Shown piece by piece: positions 56,687-64,000 of a DNA stretch of 64,000 nucleotides. The notes beneath the pieces were generated by a model that ran no database searches, was not told where the DNA came from, and saw only the letters and a list, made by a program, of their open reading frames with translations. How positions within the stretch are numbered: the first letter of the stretch is position 1; each line of letters begins with the position of its first letter. The position numbers and the translations under genes were made by a program. Source of the DNA: an uncultured Actinomycetota bacterium (GTDB lineage: Bacteria > Actinomycetota > Actinomycetes > JAFAQI01); contig CAWIFV010000004.1 of assembly GCA_963835405.1 (NCBI GenBank), forward strand, positions 135,506-199,505. The letters run 5' to 3'.

Positions 56687-58870
56687 TCAGAACGCGACCG
56701 TGACCGGGTTGGAGCAGCCGTCGGTGCCGCCGGCCGGGCAGACCGCGTAGCCGTAGCTGCCGCCACCCTTGGGCAGCGACGAGTCGGTGTAGCTCGTCGT
56801 GCCGCCGGTGGTCGTCGCGAGCACGGCACCGTCACGGCGGACGTCGACCGCAGCGGTGGCGCCGGTCCAGCGCAGCGTGACCGTGTTCTGGCCGTGCGAC
56901 TTCCTGCTGGTTGCCGTCAGCGTGATCCCGCTCGCGGTCGCCGCGGTGCAGCCCGACGCGGCGGTGGCGCCCGTGCCGTCGTAGCCGACGACGCGGTAGC
57001 CGTAGGTCTGCCCCGCCACAGCCGTCGTGTCCGTCCACGACGTGACGTCGGCGCTGACCCGCGCCTGCGTCGTGAAGGCACTCGGGTCGGCCGGGCAGCC
57101 ACCGTCCGCCCGCTGCACCTCGTAGCCGATCTGGCCGGTCCCGGCCGCCCACGCGACGCCGATCCCGGCTGTGGTGGGGGACAGCGTCGGTGTGCCCGGC
57201 GCGGACAGCGTCTGGCCGGTGCCCGTGGCGGCGGTGTCCGACCGGAACGCGAGCCGGTCGACGGTCAGCGTTCCCGGGGTCGACCGGCCGGCCGTGTGGT
57301 CGGCGTCGGTGACCCGGACGTAGACCCGACCGCTCGTGCTCGCCGGCAGCACGAACGTCTTCGCGCTGTCGGCGCTCGCCGGCGCGACCGTCACCATCGG
57401 GTGGTAGGTGGCGTCGTCGGCCGACCACGCGAAGTCGAACGACTCCCCGGTGGCGGCGGCGTCGACGGAGAACGTCACCGACGACCCGGCCGCGACGTCG
57501 AAGTCCCAACGGTGGGTGAGTGTGGCGTAGCGCTTGCTGGGCTTGCCGCCCGACGACACCTCGGTGACCGACTCGACCCGGCTGTCGTTCTCGGCCCAGG
57601 TGTCGGTGTAGGTGCCGCTGACCGTGCCCGCGACGTTCGCCTCGCCGACCGCGGTCCGCTCGACGTACGACGGCGTCGAGCCAGGTGCCATCAGCGACTT
57701 GGCGGTCGTGCGGATGGTCGGCAGGTCGGCGTAGAGGTTCCCGCCCGGGCAGGCGGTGGGCTCCCAGTCGCGGTGGCCGGAGACCGTCGGAACCGTCTTC
57801 GTCGACCCGTTGACCGGGTTCACGTAGCCGGTGCTTCCCGTCGGGTCCAGCCCGTGCCGGGTGGACAGGTCCGCGACCAGGTGCTCGAGCGCGTCCTCGG
57901 CAGCCGCCGGAGGTGTGGCGTCCCCGGCGCAGGAGCTCTGCGGCTCGTAGCAGCCCAGCAACGAGATGCCGAGGTTGCCGGAGTTCCACCCGGCCACGTG
58001 GGCGCCGGTGACCATGTAGTCGTCCGTGCCGCGGTGGGCGAAGTCCGAGCCGTCGCCGCCGTCGGTGAGACAGGACCGGCTGGTGTGCCCGGAGTTGCGA
58101 CCCTCGTAGACGGTCCCGTGCCCGTCGACGAGGTACTGGTAGCCGATGTCGGACCAGCCGTTGGTCTGGACGTGGTAGCTGTAGATCGCCCGCACCGTCG
58201 CGGCGTAGTCCTGAGCCGGGTCGTTGGACGTCGCGGTGTGGTGCACCGTGAGCACCTGGTCCGGATAGAACAGCTGCGTGTCGGTGCCCCTGCTCCAGCC
58301 GGTGATCGACTCGTCCGCACCCCAGTCGGCCCGCGACTCGCAGGCGGGAAAGCCGCTCTCGGCGGCGTACGCCGTCCCGGCCCTCCGGTGACCGACGACG
58401 ACCGTCGCTCCGTCCGTGGTGTTGATGGCGGCGGCCCGCCAGTGGTGGCCCAGCGCGGGCAGGCCGCGGACCTGGTAGCCGTCGGCACGGTCGACCGGCA
58501 CGAGCGCGCCGGTGAGGTGGCCCGGCGCCTGCGCGGCGTCCTGGTCCATGGGCTGCCAGGCGCTCCAGTGGCCGTCGGTCCGGAACCGCACCTCGCCGTA
58601 CGGCGCCCGCCCGCGGTCGGACAGCCGGCGGCCGCTCGGCAGGTCGGCCACCACACCGAAGTACTCGATGGGGAAGGACACGCTGACCGGGGCGGAACCC
58701 ACCGCGCGGGTGTCGTTGAGGGGGCGGTGGCTGGTCACCGCCTCGGCCGGCGCCAGGCCGACCAGAACGCCCGCCGCCAGCGCGGTGACGAGGACCACGG
58801 TGCGGGCAGCGGTACGGGCAGTGGTGCGACCAGCGGTGCGGGCGGGCGCGCCGGACGGGGAGACGGTCAT
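56687..58870 (-). CDS. secreted N-acetylmuramoyl-L-alanine amidase (PGRP/amidase_2) with C-terminal Ig/FN3-like repeats
   Basis: Signal peptide ...LAPAEA|VT. VLTVHHTATSN...YSYHVQTNGWSDIGYQYLVDGHGTVYEGR. FN3-like GYEVQRADG...TSWTDTTAVAGQTYGYRV. Intact 727 aa. Confidence 0.75.
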   Translation of the reverse strand: MTVSPSGAPARTAGRTTARTAARTVVLVTALAAGVLVGLAPAEAVTSHRPLNDTRAVGSAPVSVSFPIEYFGVVADLPSGRRLSDRGRAPYGEVRFRTDGHWSAWQPMDQDAAQAPGHLTGALVPVDRADGYQVRGLPALGHHWRAAAINTTDGATVVVGHRRAGTAYAAESGFPACESRADWGADESITGWSRGTDTQLFYPDQVLTVHHTATSNDPAQDYAATVRAIYSYHVQTNGWSDIGYQYLVDGHGTVYEGRNSGHTSRSCLTDGGDGSDFAHRGTDDYMVTGAHVAGWNSGNLGISLLGCYEPQSSCAGDATPPAAAEDALEHLVADLSTRHGLDPTGSTGYVNPVNGSTKTVPTVSGHRDWEPTACPGGNLYADLPTIRTTAKSLMAPGSTPSYVERTAVGEANVAGTVSGTYTDTWAENDSRVESVTEVSSGGKPSKRYATLTHRWDFDVAAGSSVTFSVDAAATGESFDFAWSADDATYHPMVTVAPASADSAKTFVLPASTSGRVYVRVTDADHTAGRSTPGTLTVDRLAFRSDTAATGTGQTLSAPGTPTLSPTTAGIGVAWAAGTGQIGYEVQRADGGCPADPSAFTTQARVSADVTSWTDTTAVAGQTYGYRVVGYDGTGATAASGCTAATASGITLTATSRKSHGQNTVTLRWTGATAAVDVRRDGAVLATTTGGTTSYTDSSLPKGGGSYGYAVCPAGGTDGCSNPVTVAF

Positions 58871-59011
58871 GGGGCTGGGACTCCAAGAGCGTGCGAACGG
58901 ACGGGGGCTCGTCCTGCGCGGAGCGTAGGCAGGGTGCGCGCGTGGTGTCCGCGGAACGCGACAATTCCCGTGAACGGGGGCGGATCGCCCCGTGCTGATC
59001 GGTTCCCGGGC

Positions 59012-59620
59012 TCAGCGGGTGGCGACCAGTTCGGCCTCGACCCAGGCGGCGAGTCGCCGGGCGCACCCGTCGACGGTCTGCAGCCACGACCGCCCCGCCG
59101 CCTCGTCGGCGCCGTCCGACACCACCTTGACGCAGCGGAACGGCACGCCGAGGCGAGCGCACACCGCGGCGTAGGCGTGGCTCTCCATGTCCACCAGGTG
59201 GATGCCGCCGGCGGCGATCTGCGCCGCGCGTCCGGCGTCGGCGACGAAGACGTCGCCGGTGGCGAGGGCCGTCGTCCCCGGCGGAGCCGCGCCGACCGGT
59301 CGTGGCGGCGCGTCCGGCGACAGGAGGTACCCGCGCGCGAGCGGCATCTCCATCAGCAGCTCGATAGCGCGGTGCGGGAAGTCGTGCTCGGTGACGAACC
59401 CGACCTCGACGACACCGCTGACGGTCGGGTCGACGGCACCGGCGGTGCCCAGGTTCACGACGACTGCCGGCCGAGGGCCCTCCGCCAGCCGCCCGGCCAG
59501 CCCGGCCGCGGCGCGGGACTTGCCCGCCCCGGTCACGAGCACCTCGACACCGGCCGGCATCGCGGCCACCTCTTGCGCGAGCGCAGCCACCACCAGGGCC
59601 CGGCCGACGGGGTCGGTCAC
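59012..59620 (-). CDS. nucleoside phosphorylase-fold protein (MTA/SAH nucleosidase family-like)
   Basis: GTG 59620. VLVTGAGKSRAAAGLA, NLGTAGA, LATGDVFV, DMESHAYAAVC. 202 aa. Confidence 0.6.
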   Translation of the reverse strand: MTDPVGRALVVAALAQEVAAMPAGVEVLVTGAGKSRAAAGLAGRLAEGPRPAVVVNLGTAGAVDPTVSGVVEVGFVTEHDFPHRAIELLMEMPLARGYLLSPDAPPRPVGAAPPGTTALATGDVFVADAGRAAQIAAGGIHLVDMESHAYAAVCARLGVPFRCVKVVSDGADEAAGRSWLQTVDGCARRLAAWVEAELVATR

Positions 59621-59639
59621 GGATGGGAGGCTAGCCGTC

Positions 59640-60524
59640 GTGCGACGCACCGGCGTGCCCGCTCCGCTGCTGGTGCTCGGAGCCGTGGCCAGTGTCCAGA
59701 GCGGCGCCGCGGTGGCGACCAGGCTGTTCCCGGACGTCGGCCCCGGCGGCACCGTGCTGTTGCGGCTCGGGCTGTCCGCCGCGCTGCTGCTCGCCGTGGC
59801 CCGGCCGCGGCTGGGTGGCCGCCGCCGCCAGGACCTCGGGCTCGCGGTCGCCTTCGGCCTCGTCCTGGCCGGGATGAACGCGACGTTCTACGAGGCGCTC
59901 GACCGCATCCCCCTCGGCATCGCCGTGACGGTGGAGTTCGTCGGGCCGCTCGGGGTCGCCGTCGCGGGCTCGCGTCGGCGCCTGGACCTGCTCTGGGTCG
60001 CGCTGGCGGGCACCGGCGTCGCCCTGCTCACCTCGGGCGGCGGCCGCACCGGTGTCGTCGGGCTGTTGCTGGCCGTGGTCGCCGGCGGGTTCTGGGCCGG
60101 CTACATCCTGCTGTCGAAACGGGTCGGTGCGGTCTTCCCCGGCGCTTCCGGGCTCGCGGTCGCCCTCACCGTCGGCACGGTGGCCGTGCTGCCGTTCGGG
60201 CTCGTCTCCGGCGGTTCCGCGCTGGGTGAGCCGTCGGTGCTGGGTCGCGGTGCCGCGGTGGCGCTGCTGTCCTCCGCCGTCCCCTACTCACTGGAGCTGT
60301 TCGCGCTGCGCCGGTTGCGGGCGTCCGTCTTCGGCGTACTGATGTCCCTGGAGCCGGCGTTCGCCGCAATGTCCGGGTTGCTCTTCCTCGGCCAGCACCT
60401 GACGCTGCGGGAGTGGCTGGCAGTGGGGTGCGTGATGGTGGCCTCGATCGGGGCGACCCGCGGGTCGGACGCGGACCTGCCGATCGAGCCGGGCGCCACC
60501 CCGACCGAGGCGGTGACGGCGTGA
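59640..60524 (+). CDS. EamA/RhaT (DMT superfamily) transporter
   Basis: GTG 59640. About 10 hydrophobic helices, NATFYEALDRIPLGIAVTVEF, SAVPYSLELFALRRL. Confidence 0.8.
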   Translation: MRRTGVPAPLLVLGAVASVQSGAAVATRLFPDVGPGGTVLLRLGLSAALLLAVARPRLGGRRRQDLGLAVAFGLVLAGMNATFYEALDRIPLGIAVTVEFVGPLGVAVAGSRRRLDLLWVALAGTGVALLTSGGGRTGVVGLLLAVVAGGFWAGYILLSKRVGAVFPGASGLAVALTVGTVAVLPFGLVSGGSALGEPSVLGRGAAVALLSSAVPYSLELFALRRLRASVFGVLMSLEPAFAAMSGLLFLGQHLTLREWLAVGCVMVASIGATRGSDADLPIEPGATPTEAVTA

Positions 60525-61345
60525 CCGCGCGGACACGCACCGGGCAGCGGGTCGAGCTGCTGCGTGACCTCGACCGGGACACCGGCTGGGTGCTCCTGGT
60601 CGAAGGCGTGGAGCAGTCCTACGTCGACGACACCGACCCGCTCCACCTGGAGTTCGAGTACATGCAGCACATGGCGGTGGTCCTGGACGCGGTCCACCCG
60701 CGCCCGGATCCCGTGGTGGCGGTGCACCTCGGCGGCGGTGCGCTGACGATGGCCCGGTGGCTGGCGGCCACCCGACCGGGTTCACGCCAGACGGTCGTCG
60801 AGTGCTCGCCCGAGGTCATCGAGGTGAGCGCGCGGCTGGGGCCGGTCCCTGGCTGCGATGTCGTCACCGCCGACGTCGCGCCGGCGCTGGCCGCGCTTCC
60901 CGCCGGCACCGCCGACCTCGTCCTCTGGGACCTGTACGACGGCCCCCGGGCGGTCGTGTCCGCGTTGACGGTCGAGGCGGTGACGGCCATGCGCCGGTTG
61001 CTCCGTGGCCCCGCGGCGCTGCTGGTGCTCAACGTCTCCGACGCGACGCCGTTCGCGGTAGTCCGGCCGGTCCTCGCCGCCCTGCGCGAGTGCTTTGCCG
61101 ACGTGGTGATGCTGGCCGAGCCGTCGACACTGCGGGGCCGGCGGTCCGGCAACTGCGTCCTCGCGGGCTCGGTCGAGCAGGAGCTGCCGGTGCCAACGCT
61201 GACACGTGCCGCCGCGAACGCACCGACCCGCGCCCGCGTCGTCGCGGCCGACGAGCTCGCGGCGTTCGTCGGCGATGCGGTGCCGGGCACGTTCCTGGCC
61301 CCGCTGCCCCCGCCGGACGAACGGCTCGGCCGCGGCTTCCTCTGA
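60521..61345 (+). CDS. spermidine synthase-like class I methyltransferase-fold protein
   Basis: GTGA overlap. LLVEGVEQSYVDDTDPLHLEFEYMQHM, HLGGGALTMARWL, DLVLWDLYDG. Confidence 0.6.
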   Translation: MTARTRTGQRVELLRDLDRDTGWVLLVEGVEQSYVDDTDPLHLEFEYMQHMAVVLDAVHPRPDPVVAVHLGGGALTMARWLAATRPGSRQTVVECSPEVIEVSARLGPVPGCDVVTADVAPALAALPAGTADLVLWDLYDGPRAVVSALTVEAVTAMRRLLRGPAALLVLNVSDATPFAVVRPVLAALRECFADVVMLAEPSTLRGRRSGNCVLAGSVEQELPVPTLTRAAANAPTRARVVAADELAAFVGDAVPGTFLAPLPPPDERLGRGFL

Positions 61346-61346
61346 C

Positions 61347-61392
61347 CCAATTGCGCGTTGCCTGCCCTCTAGGTCAGGGAGCGCGCAATTGG
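61347..61392. terminator. hairpin between convergent genes (11-bp perfect arms)
   Basis: CCAATTGCGCG ... CGCGCAATTGG. The right arm overlaps the last codons of the minus-strand methyltransferase. Confidence 0.5.
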
Positions 61393-62240
61393 TGGCGCTT
61401 CACCGCCTGCAGCGTGTAGGTGTGCGGCAGCCGCCACGGCCGGTCGACGAGGCGCCACTCGTCGAGCTCCGTGCGCTCCATCTGGCCGGGCATCGCCTCC
61501 CACGGCACGGAGTCGTGCTCGACGAGCATGGTGAGCTCCATCCCCTCGCCGAGCAGTGCGGTGACGATCTCACCGAGTCCGTGGTTCCACTCGTGGGTGA
61601 GCGTCGACTCGAAGACGACGTCGGTCTCGACGTAGGTCCCCGGCTCGTCCCACACGATCGGCTCCTCGCGCTCGAAGTACGGGTACTCGAGGACGAGCAG
61701 GTGGTCCGGGCGGGGGTCGGCGAGCGACCAGAGCACCGGGTGCCCTTCGCGGACGAACAGCCGGCCGCCGGGGCGGAGCAGTCCGGCGACGACCGCGGCC
61801 CAGCGCCTGATGTCGGGAAGCCAGCAGAGCGCGCCGACGCCGGTGTAGACGAGGTCGAACCGCCCCGCGCCGAGCACCTCGACGCCGTCGTAGACGTCCG
61901 CCTCGACGAAGTCGACGGCGGTGCCGGTACGACGGGCGATGTCGCGTGCGGTTGCGACGGAGGCAGCGGAGAAGTCGAGCCCGGTCATGCTGGCACCGAG
62001 GCGCGCGAGCGACACGGTGTCGGTCCCGATGTGGCACTGCAGGTGCACACCCTGCACACCGGACAGGTCGCCGAGACGCGGCCGGTCGAAGGCCACCACC
62101 CGGCTCAGGAACTCTGGATCGGAGACGAGGCGGTCGACGGCGTAGCCGGGAGAAGCCGCATGGGCGGGCGCGCGCTCGTCCCAGTTCGCCCGGTTGACCG
62201 AGCGGTAGTCACCCACGCCGGAACGCTCCCATATCCGCAC
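61374..62240 (-). CDS. class I SAM-dependent methyltransferase
   Basis: VHLQCHIGTDTVSLARLGASMTGLDFS, FDLVYTGVGALCWLPD. Intact 288 aa. Confidence 0.8.
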   Translation of the reverse strand: MRIWERSGVGDYRSVNRANWDERAPAHAASPGYAVDRLVSDPEFLSRVVAFDRPRLGDLSGVQGVHLQCHIGTDTVSLARLGASMTGLDFSAASVATARDIARRTGTAVDFVEADVYDGVEVLGAGRFDLVYTGVGALCWLPDIRRWAAVVAGLLRPGGRLFVREGHPVLWSLADPRPDHLLVLEYPYFEREEPIVWDEPGTYVETDVVFESTLTHEWNHGLGEIVTALLGEGMELTMLVEHDSVPWEAMPGQMERTELDEWRLVDRPWRLPHTYTLQAVKRHQLRAP

Positions 62241-62482
62241 GAGCGGACCTTCCGGTTTTCGTGCAGGGTTGTTCGGCTACCGCGGTAACGAGGGCATGCA
62301 CCACTCCACCGTTGTGTCCGGTTGTCAGCCGGAGTGACGGCAGGGGACGGACGGCCGTCCGTCACCCCAACGATAACGAACCGGTCAGCCTGTAACTGGA
62401 CCACCCAGGTACGGCGTACGGACGCGCAGGTTCTCCACCGGCTGACCGCCTTCCCGGCCCCCGGTCTCTCTAGGATCGTCGG

Positions 62483-62770
62483 GTGATCTTCTACGTGGTG
62501 GACGAGCGGGAGTGGCAACCGGGTGACGACGTGGTTGCGGCGCCGGGGCCGGACGGCTTCGTCCATTGCTGCGACGAGCATCAGATTGCGGGCGTACGGG
62601 ATCGCTACTTCGCCGGCGCCAACGTCGTCGCGGTGGCGATCGACCCGACCAGGTTGGCCTGCGAGACGCGGTACGAACCCGGTGCCGGCGGTGAGCAAGA
62701 GAGGTATCCACACGTCTATGGGCCTATTCACCGTGCGGCCGTCTCACGAACAATCGCGGTAGGCCGGTGA
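62483..62770 (+). CDS. DUF952-like protein
   Basis: GTG 62483. GFVHCCDEHQI...RYPHVYGPI. Intact 95 aa. Confidence 0.7.
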   Translation: MIFYVVDEREWQPGDDVVAAPGPDGFVHCCDEHQIAGVRDRYFAGANVVAVAIDPTRLACETRYEPGAGGEQERYPHVYGPIHRAAVSRTIAVGR

Positions 62771-62810
62771 GCAGGTTGCGGCCGACGCGTCGCCGAGCCC
62801 GCGGCCGATC

Positions 62811-63614
62811 TCAGCGCTGAACGAACTCGTAGTGCGGCTCGGACGCGGCGCTGTCGGCGGCGACCCACTCGCCCGGTTCGGGTGTCCACCGCTGGCCACG
62901 GGCCGTCACGACCGCCAGACCGTAGGAGCGCGCGTGCGCGACCAGCCACGCGGCGACCGTCCAGTCGGTCGCCGCCGGCGCCGCACCGTCCGGGCGAAAG
63001 GCGGCGCCGAGCTCACGCTCGGCCAGTTTGCGCAGCCGGCCGGGTTGCGGGCGGCCCGGCTCGGTGAACCGGCACGTCATCCCCGCGGGCACCCGCCCGG
63101 TGATCACCCGGGCGATCGCGCGCGCCTGCTCCTCCCACTGCGCGTACGCGGTGCCGTCGGCGCTGTGCTGGACCTCCTGGGCGGCGATCGCGACGTCCAG
63201 CCGCCGCCAGTGCGGCACGGTCGCGAGCCGGCGCAGGAACGCGGTCGCCGCGTACGACGGCGTCAGCAGCTGGTCCGGCCGGCCCCAGCCCTGGCTCGGG
63301 CGCTGCTGGAACAGCCCGAGCGAGTCGCGGTCCCCGAAGGGGTAGTTGTGCAGCTTCGACTCCTGCAGCGCGGTCGCGATCGCGACGGTGACCGCCCCGG
63401 TCGGCAGCGCGAGACGCCGCGCGGCGGCCGCGATCGTGGTCGCGTTCTCGGCCTGCTCGATCGCCAGGACGAGGCGGTCGCTTCCGGTGCCCACCAGGCA
63501 GGCAGGTGGTGGGGGCGAGGTCTGCCGGAGGAGCAGGCCCACGCCGACGACCGCCCCGGTGGCCACGACCGCTGCCACCGCGAGCGCGACCAGCCACCGG
63601 CGCCGCCGTCCCAC
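62811..63614 (-). CDS. membrane-anchored conserved hypothetical protein
   Basis: Probable GTG 63614 just before the TM helix WLVALAVAAVVATGAVVGVGLLL. Conserved-looking core ALQESKLHNYPFGDRDSLGLFQQRPSQGWG. Confidence 0.55.
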   Translation of the reverse strand: MGRRRRWLVALAVAAVVATGAVVGVGLLLRQTSPPPPACLVGTGSDRLVLAIEQAENATTIAAAARRLALPTGAVTVAIATALQESKLHNYPFGDRDSLGLFQQRPSQGWGRPDQLLTPSYAATAFLRRLATVPHWRRLDVAIAAQEVQHSADGTAYAQWEEQARAIARVITGRVPAGMTCRFTEPGRPQPGRLRKLAERELGAAFRPDGAAPAATDWTVAAWLVAHARSYGLAVVTARGQRWTPEPGEWVAADSAASEPHYEFVQR

Positions 63615-63764
63615 CCGGGCATTCTGGCAACCGGCGAGCCGATCACTCCGGCGCAAGGCCGGGATCTCGTCAGGGCGGGCAGGGGCCCTGACCGGACCTA
63701 GCGTTGGCGTGACGCTGCCGTCACCGCCTGTGATTCCGCGTGAGCGGGGGGTAGGAGTCGGTCG

Positions 63765-64000
63765 ATGACGACCGGAACCACTCGCGCCACGCCGGCCGCG
63801 GGCACACTGACCGTGGCGGATCGCTACCGGCTCCGGCGGGAGCTGGCCGGTGGCGAGGGGAGTGCGGTCTGGGACGCGCACGACGAGCTGCTCCACCGCG
63901 ACGTCGCGGTCAAGGAGATCCGGTTCCCCGACGGTGTGGGTCCGTCCGAGCGAAGGCGGATGACGCAACGGCTGCTGCGCGAGGCCCGCGCCGGCGCCGC
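63765..64000 (+). CDS. serine/threonine protein kinase, N-terminal part (runs off the right edge)
   Basis: ATG 63765 after GGTAGGAG. DRYRLRRELAGGEGSAVWDAHDELLHRDVAVKEI (Gly loop plus VAVK Lys). Confidence 0.75.
   Translation, partial: MTTGTTRATPAAGTLTVADRYRLRRELAGGEGSAVWDAHDELLHRDVAVKEIRFPDGVGPSERRRMTQRLLREARAGA

Overview
Very GC-rich actinobacterial chromosomal segment. I found no rRNA, tRNA, CRISPR array, transposase or integrase. The left third follows the conserved actinomycete backbone miaA - dapF - hflX ... lexA / divergent LysM gene / nrdR - nrdJ. The remaining ~44 kb is mostly single housekeeping and metabolic genes (pyk, typA, xthA, lhgO, acyl-CoA dehydrogenase, enoyl-CoA hydratase, oxidoreductases, methyltransferases) plus several secreted or lipoproteins. 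Main observations: (1) nrdJ (class II ribonucleotide reductase) is interrupted by two LAGLIDADG inteins, one placed directly before the active-site Cys. (2) A translationally coupled four-gene operon (sensor kinase, receiver, receiver-GAF-kinase, PAS-GGDEF-EAL) sits between hflX and lexA, and an EAL-only gene sits between miaA and dapF. (3) A 1.6-kb accessory islet follows nrdJ: three 20-bp-phased palindromes, a wHTH-nucleotidyltransferase, a truncated HEPN partner, a small wHTH gene and a small Smr-domain gene. (4) The lexA/LysM divergent region has two SOS boxes and a RecA-NDp-like promoter, and there are candidate NrdR boxes upstream of nrdR. (5) Several perfect short tandem repeats occur, three of them anchored on stop codons. 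(6) Many conserved genes have broken reading frames, clustered in tracts (1-7.5 kb, 18.4-23 kb, 38-40 kb, plus isolated sites). Because the affected genes are normally indispensable, I read this as sequence or assembly quality rather than gene decay, and I label them pseudogene only in the as-sequenced sense. I do not see a convincing new multi-gene system. The best candidate for follow-up is the 19.9-21.5 kb islet. All calls come from reading the ORF translations and the nucleotides; no searches were run.
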